Positions 36,743 to 41,383 of a stretch of 41,383 nucleotides of DNA are shown in pieces; the first letter of the stretch is position 1, and each line of letters starts with the position of its first letter. A program made the translations under genes and the position numbers. The stretch is from the IMG/VR virus record IMGVR_UViG_3300016476_000410, positions 1 through 41,383 of that record; one strand, 5' to 3'. This DNA comes from a virus. Lineage: Duplodnaviria; Caudoviricetes. A model generated the notes under the pieces. That model saw only the letters and a program-made list of their open reading frames with translations. It searched no databases and was not told the DNA's origin.

Positions 36743-36934
36743 ATGAATGGATTTGAAGAATTACTGGAAAGTTTAGTTTCCGAAACAGAAAAAGCAATAC
36801 TTAATTTGTCAAATATTGAGGGTTCAGAAAGCACTCAAGAATTACTAAGAGAAGTTCAGAATGCTATAAAAAGTAACGATGTAGAAAAGTTAAATCAAAT
36901 AATACAAGAGCATGGCGATAAAATTAAGGGATAG
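36743..36934 (+). CDS. Small acidic hypothetical protein
   Basis: Tail cluster context. Confidence 0.55.
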   Translation: MNGFEELLESLVSETEKAILNLSNIEGSESTQELLREVQNAIKSNDVEKLNQIIQEHGDKIKG

Positions 36935-39239
36935 TGTTTTTTATGACATTTACAATAATTCAACAAATGATTTTAAAGCTAATGCAGGTGATAATATTAT
37001 AGCTTCACATCAATTTGAATTAGAAATTGGATTTGTATCAAGTCTTGAAAATCAATTAAAAATTGATAAATTACAAAATAGATTATCAAGAAGTCAAGGT
37101 TCATTTTTAACCGATGGTTTTAGACATGGACAAATTTGCACTTTAAACATTGTAAACAATACTAATAGCACTACTGAAACTTACACTAATATGACTATTA
37201 CAGCTATTAGTGATTTGGAAATGACTATAACTGGATTGCCTAATAGAAACAACTGGAATACTGGAACTGATTATATTGCAGTATTATTAAGCAACTCAAC
37301 TTATGATTCAGTAAACTTTGCATTTAACTTTGTTGACAATGAATCAGCAACAGAAACTTTAGAATCTCTCATAGACCAAGAAACTTCTAAGTTTGTAGTT
37401 GATGGAATTAATTCAATTGCTGTAAATGATGTTTTAGCAATGACACAAATTGGTAAAAAGTCAGGACAATTTACTGCTTCTGCTTATATCAAAAGATTGG
37501 TTGATGTAGTTAATCCATATACAGCATTTAATTCTACAAGAAAAAGATTTTTAATACAGATTTACGATGTTGTATTTCCTGCAATGTTTGATACTAATAG
37601 TTTTATTGGTGATAACTGCTTAAAATATTACTCTAAAACATCGTTTAAAATTACAAGTAGTGATTCATTAGCACCAACAACTATTGAATATAAACAAAAA
37701 GCTAATACTGGTTTATGGAATGAAGCGTTTAATCAAGACAATCCTCTTTCTAAAACAAGTTCATTAGTTTCAAACTTATATTTTAATCAAGTAAATAACT
37801 TTACGGTTCAATTCACTACTCAAACAAGTGATAATATAACTTCGTTTGAATTAGGGGCTATGTATCTAACTATTGATGATGACTTTAATAAGAACAAAGA
37901 TAACGGACAAGAATATTATTTGCCATTCTTAAAAACTGGCTTAATAAGTGTTGCTGATATAGGTAATGATTGGCTTTCATCAACTACATATCCATTTAAT
38001 ATTGCACTTGATAATTATACTCAAGTAGATTCAGGGGGAACAAGAACACACACATTAACACTTGCTTTAAATACATTTTATGCTAATCCAAACGGATTTG
38101 GAAAATTTATAGAGGGTAGAGGTGATTTAGATAGAAACTTTTTATTATGGGCGAAAGTTGGTAATACTAATAGATTATTTTTTGATGGACAATTAGAATT
38201 ACAAGAGCCAGTTGGTGTTGAATTTGATAATCTTACTGAGTGTATAATAAACCATGATAATAACGGCTATTATAAAAATATTGACTTACTTAATAATTCA
38301 TCAAATTCTGATTTTAATATAGAAGATGATGTTAGTTATGTTTCTGAATTTAAATTGTTTTCAAAGGATTCAAATGAAGCTGTAATTTGTAAAGTAATAG
38401 CACGTAATGATGCTACTGGTGATGAGTTTGTATTAAACAAAGTAGATTTTGATTTAACAAACATAGATTTACAGTATTTTATTAATCAAACATTACCAAT
38501 TTCAAATAATTTACCTGATTCATCTAATAAAAAGGAAGCGTTTTTATATGAAAAAACTCCATTGGCTACTGGTGAAATGACAGTTAGATTATATTATCCA
38601 ATAATTATTGATTGGAGATATTGGGAAGATATATTTAATGCTCACCCTTATTTTATATCTAAAAATAAAAACAATAATAATTGGTTTAATTATGTTGATT
38701 TACCATGGAAAGTAAAAGTAAAAATAGAGATAAGACGAAATGGAGTGTTAGACTACAATTATACTGACTTGCCTTTTAAAAATTATGATGATTGGACTGG
38801 GACATCAACTATTGAACTGTTTAACGATACTGAAACAACTCAATATACAAGTTTACAAGAAAACATGAACATGATGATTAAAGCTACTCATGTATTTCCT
38901 TCAGCTTATGGTGGTTTTCCATGGGGAATGATAACAATTGAGCCTTCAGAAAGTTCACCAAGATATATTATTTCAACAGAGATAGATAGAACTCAGCCTG
39001 AAAACCCTTTAATTGGTATAGCAGACGTAAATAGATGCGACATGGAGTTTGCTACTTCAGACACAATAATATTAAGATGTTTTGTCAATACAAATTTATT
39101 GAATGGAACAAATTTTTGTATAACTTCAAAAATCTCTGAAGAAGGAAAAGATAATAATCACCCACTTCATGATAAATTGACTGAATTAGGCGAGGATAAA
39201 ATTTTAGAAAACGCGTTAGAAACAAAAGTAACAGATTAA
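36912..39239 (+). CDS. Large tail/baseplate structural protein (putative)
   Basis: 775 aa, beta-rich, tail cluster. Confidence 0.65.
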   Translation: MAIKLRDSVFYDIYNNSTNDFKANAGDNIIASHQFELEIGFVSSLENQLKIDKLQNRLSRSQGSFLTDGFRHGQICTLNIVNNTNSTTETYTNMTITAISDLEMTITGLPNRNNWNTGTDYIAVLLSNSTYDSVNFAFNFVDNESATETLESLIDQETSKFVVDGINSIAVNDVLAMTQIGKKSGQFTASAYIKRLVDVVNPYTAFNSTRKRFLIQIYDVVFPAMFDTNSFIGDNCLKYYSKTSFKITSSDSLAPTTIEYKQKANTGLWNEAFNQDNPLSKTSSLVSNLYFNQVNNFTVQFTTQTSDNITSFELGAMYLTIDDDFNKNKDNGQEYYLPFLKTGLISVADIGNDWLSSTTYPFNIALDNYTQVDSGGTRTHTLTLALNTFYANPNGFGKFIEGRGDLDRNFLLWAKVGNTNRLFFDGQLELQEPVGVEFDNLTECIINHDNNGYYKNIDLLNNSSNSDFNIEDDVSYVSEFKLFSKDSNEAVICKVIARNDATGDEFVLNKVDFDLTNIDLQYFINQTLPISNNLPDSSNKKEAFLYEKTPLATGEMTVRLYYPIIIDWRYWEDIFNAHPYFISKNKNNNNWFNYVDLPWKVKVKIEIRRNGVLDYNYTDLPFKNYDDWTGTSTIELFNDTETTQYTSLQENMNMMIKATHVFPSAYGGFPWGMITIEPSESSPRYIISTEIDRTQPENPLIGIADVNRCDMEFATSDTIILRCFVNTNLLNGTNFCITSKISEEGKDNNHPLHDKLTELGEDKILENALETKVTD

Positions 39240-39242
39240 AAA

Positions 39243-41135
39243 ATGGGAAAAAAAATTACAGAATATCCAAACAATGTAAGCACAAATCCTGATGATTTGT
39301 CATTAATGGATTTATCAGAAAAAACTGGACTATCAACTTTTGAAAGTAGAAAATGGACTTTAACTGCATTTAAAGCATGGGTTAATTCATGGGTAGTAGC
39401 AGGTTCAGTAGCATGGAATAATATTACTGGTAAACCTAACGTAGTAGATACTACTGGTGGAACTCCAAACTATGTAGCTAAATTTACAGATACAGACACA
39501 ATAGAAGAAAGTCAAATATTTGATGATGGAACTAATGTTGGTATAGGAACAGCAACGCCTTCAGCTAAACTTGATGTAATTGCAACATCAATACCTGGCG
39601 GTGAAGTTTTAGCGCAATTTAAAATTAGTGATGACGCATCGTCAGGATTGAAAATCTCAAATAATACTGGGACTGATGGCAGGTTTACTCCGAATATTTA
39701 TAGCACAGGAAGTCACCCTCAAACCGCACTTGTTATAACAGGTAATACACTTGACGACAATGGAGCAGTTCCAATAACAGTATTTGACGCTAGAAAAAAT
39801 GGAAGCGCAGAGGTTATAACAAGACCTTTATTTAGCTGGAGGAATTATGGAACTGATATAATGCAGATTAATGCAAATGGTAGGGTAGGTATTGGAACAA
39901 CTTCTCCAGGTGCTAAATTACATATTGTAGGTAATGCTATGGTAGACCATGCAGGGGTTACACCTTTGAGAGTTAGCAATACATTAGTTACTTCAGGTGA
40001 TACATCTGGTGTAACTGGTATTTACTTAGGTGACGCAGCTTCTGGAGTGAACATGATTCAGAGAGAAAAGCATACTGCAAATTCAGCTGGTATTAATTTA
40101 TACTCTGAGTATGGTTATAATACACAATCATTAGTTGCAAAATTTCAATATAACCTTGCTAAAATTTTTGTTGGTGCAATACAAAGGTTTCATATTACAG
40201 GCAATGGTGATGTAGGTATTGGAGATAATATTACTCCTTCAGCAAAACTTCATGTAAACAACACAACAACTGCTTATTCATTTTTAGTTGAAGATGACGC
40301 AAATCCAGATTCAACTCCATTTGTCATTGGTAATAAAGGAAATGTAAGTATAGGTGATTTTCCTGCTGATGAAACTGTAAAGTTAACAATTAAAAAAACT
40401 GAATCTGGAGCTGTATTTAATAGAGGTGAATATATTCAAGTAACTGGAGGTTCAACAGTTGTTGGTTTGGAAATTGAATCAAAAAGTTCAACTGGTGATA
40501 ATGTTGGTGGTTATTTTCATTCACAATCATCACAAGCATCTGCTAACATATATGGAATACAATCATACGCTCAAAGTAACCTTTTTGTAGGAACGCCAAT
40601 ATCAATTGCGTGTTATGGAGTTCACACATCAGCAAGTGGTGCTATATTAAATGTTGGTGTTTATTCTAGTGCTCTATATGCAGGTGCTTCAAATTATTGT
40701 TTTCAGGGTAGAGATGGCACAGAAGATGCAGGTAAATTCTTAAAATCTGTAACAACTGATGGTAAGGCAAATTGGGCTTATATTCCAAAAACAGTTCAAT
40801 TAGCTGTATCTGATGAAACAACTGCTTTAACTACTGGAACTGGCAAAATCACTTTTAGAATGCCACATGCAATGACTTTAACAGAAGTTAGAGCATCATT
40901 AACAACTGCTCAAGCAAGTGGTAATATTTTTACAGTTGACATAAATGAGGGAGGATTTTCAATTTTATCTACTAAATTAACAATTGACAATAATGAAAAA
41001 ACAAGTGTAACCGCAACTACACAGCCAGTTATAAGCGATACATATCTTACAGATGACACAGAAATTACAGTAGATATAGACCAGATAGGTAATGGAACTG
41101 CAAAAGGTTTAAAAATCACTTTAATTGGATATTAA
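39243..41135 (+). CDS. Tail fibre protein
   Basis: Repeated G.VGIGT.TP.AKL.V modules; Gly-rich beta repeats; C-terminus paralogous to 2..784. Confidence 0.85.
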   Translation: MGKKITEYPNNVSTNPDDLSLMDLSEKTGLSTFESRKWTLTAFKAWVNSWVVAGSVAWNNITGKPNVVDTTGGTPNYVAKFTDTDTIEESQIFDDGTNVGIGTATPSAKLDVIATSIPGGEVLAQFKISDDASSGLKISNNTGTDGRFTPNIYSTGSHPQTALVITGNTLDDNGAVPITVFDARKNGSAEVITRPLFSWRNYGTDIMQINANGRVGIGTTSPGAKLHIVGNAMVDHAGVTPLRVSNTLVTSGDTSGVTGIYLGDAASGVNMIQREKHTANSAGINLYSEYGYNTQSLVAKFQYNLAKIFVGAIQRFHITGNGDVGIGDNITPSAKLHVNNTTTAYSFLVEDDANPDSTPFVIGNKGNVSIGDFPADETVKLTIKKTESGAVFNRGEYIQVTGGSTVVGLEIESKSSTGDNVGGYFHSQSSQASANIYGIQSYAQSNLFVGTPISIACYGVHTSASGAILNVGVYSSALYAGASNYCFQGRDGTEDAGKFLKSVTTDGKANWAYIPKTVQLAVSDETTALTTGTGKITFRMPHAMTLTEVRASLTTAQASGNIFTVDINEGGFSILSTKLTIDNNEKTSVTATTQPVISDTYLTDDTEITVDIDQIGNGTAKGLKITLIGY

Positions 41136-41136
41136 T

Positions 41137-41383
41137 ATGTTTATACTTAATCCTTATATATTTGGTGGATTTGACCCTGATGCTTTGGCATTTATAACAG
41201 CTGCAAGTATCACAGATACAACTCAAAAAAGTGCAATCAACACGTTAGTAACTGACTTAAAAACAGCTGGTGTATGGTCTAAAATGAGAGCGTTGTATCC
41301 GTTTGTTGGTGGAACGTCAACAACACACAAATTCAACTTAAAAGACCCAAGAGATTTAGATGCTGCTTATAGATTGGTATTTA
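41137..41383 (+). CDS. Partial paralog of 778..1584 (MFILNPYIFGGFDPDA...), 3'-truncated
   Basis: Manual translation; the last 49 bp are identical to 973-1021. Confidence 0.85.
   Translation, partial: MFILNPYIFGGFDPDALAFITAASITDTTQKSAINTLVTDLKTAGVWSKMRALYPFVGGTSTTHKFNLKDPRDLDAAYRLVF

Larger units (their letters stand above)
1..41383. mobile_element. Near-complete tailed bacteriophage genome (siphovirus-like, probable Bacteroidetes/Flavobacteria host)
   Basis: Terminase, HK97-type portal/protease/capsid, tail tube, tape measure, fibres, endolysin, replication and recombination genes; no bacterial flanks; TAnnTTTG promoter motifs. Confidence 0.95.

Noticed and set aside
255-41119. Other short minus-strand or nested ORFs in the track (255, 3089, 8970, 9749, 10791, 11611, 16439, 16498, 19813, 20271, 20377, 22132, 22345, 22776, 26435, 28320, 30437, 30818, 31793, 33775, 34064, 40910)
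   Set aside because: They overlap well-supported plus-strand genes and have shadow-frame composition.
1-41383. Stop-codon reassignment or prophage context
   Set aside because: Core genes are intact in the standard code; no integrase, att site or host genes recognised.

Overview
Near-complete, AT-rich ~41 kb genome of a long-tailed (siphovirus-like) phage, cut inside the tail-fibre region. The host is most likely Bacteroidetes/Flavobacteria: TAnnTTTG promoters, A-rich leaders without Shine-Dalgarno, DUF3127, DUF6291-like initiator. Gene order: tail-fibre/structural genes (1-4.8 kb); lysis (GAF-domain membrane protein, small holin, M15 endolysin); thyX; lambda O/P-like replication module; NinG; ERF annealase plus YqaJ exonuclease; an A-rich island of small unknown genes (16.4-19.4 kb); DUF3127, MazG and DUF3310; terminase; an INVERTED HK97-type portal; protease; three small genes; capsid; tail tube; tape measure; tail tip and fibre. 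I recognised no integrase, repressor, DNA polymerase, tRNA, CRISPR or reverse transcriptase. Main hunt result: an integron-like micro-cassette array around the recombination genes (12.8-14.6 kb). It is built of TAAC...GTTA hairpins (Flavo-1/attC-like), each cassette has self-complementary ends, one hairpin carries a zinc-ribbon ORF in its loop, and no integrase is present in cis. Two candidate regulatory RNAs also stand out: a ~70-nt promoter-terminator unit after the terminase that is antisense (18/19 nt) to a phage start-codon region, and a kissing-loop attenuator upstream of the replication genes. The two window ends carry paralogous fibre modules joined by an exact 49-bp repeat. Family names come from motif recognition by eye, not database searches.
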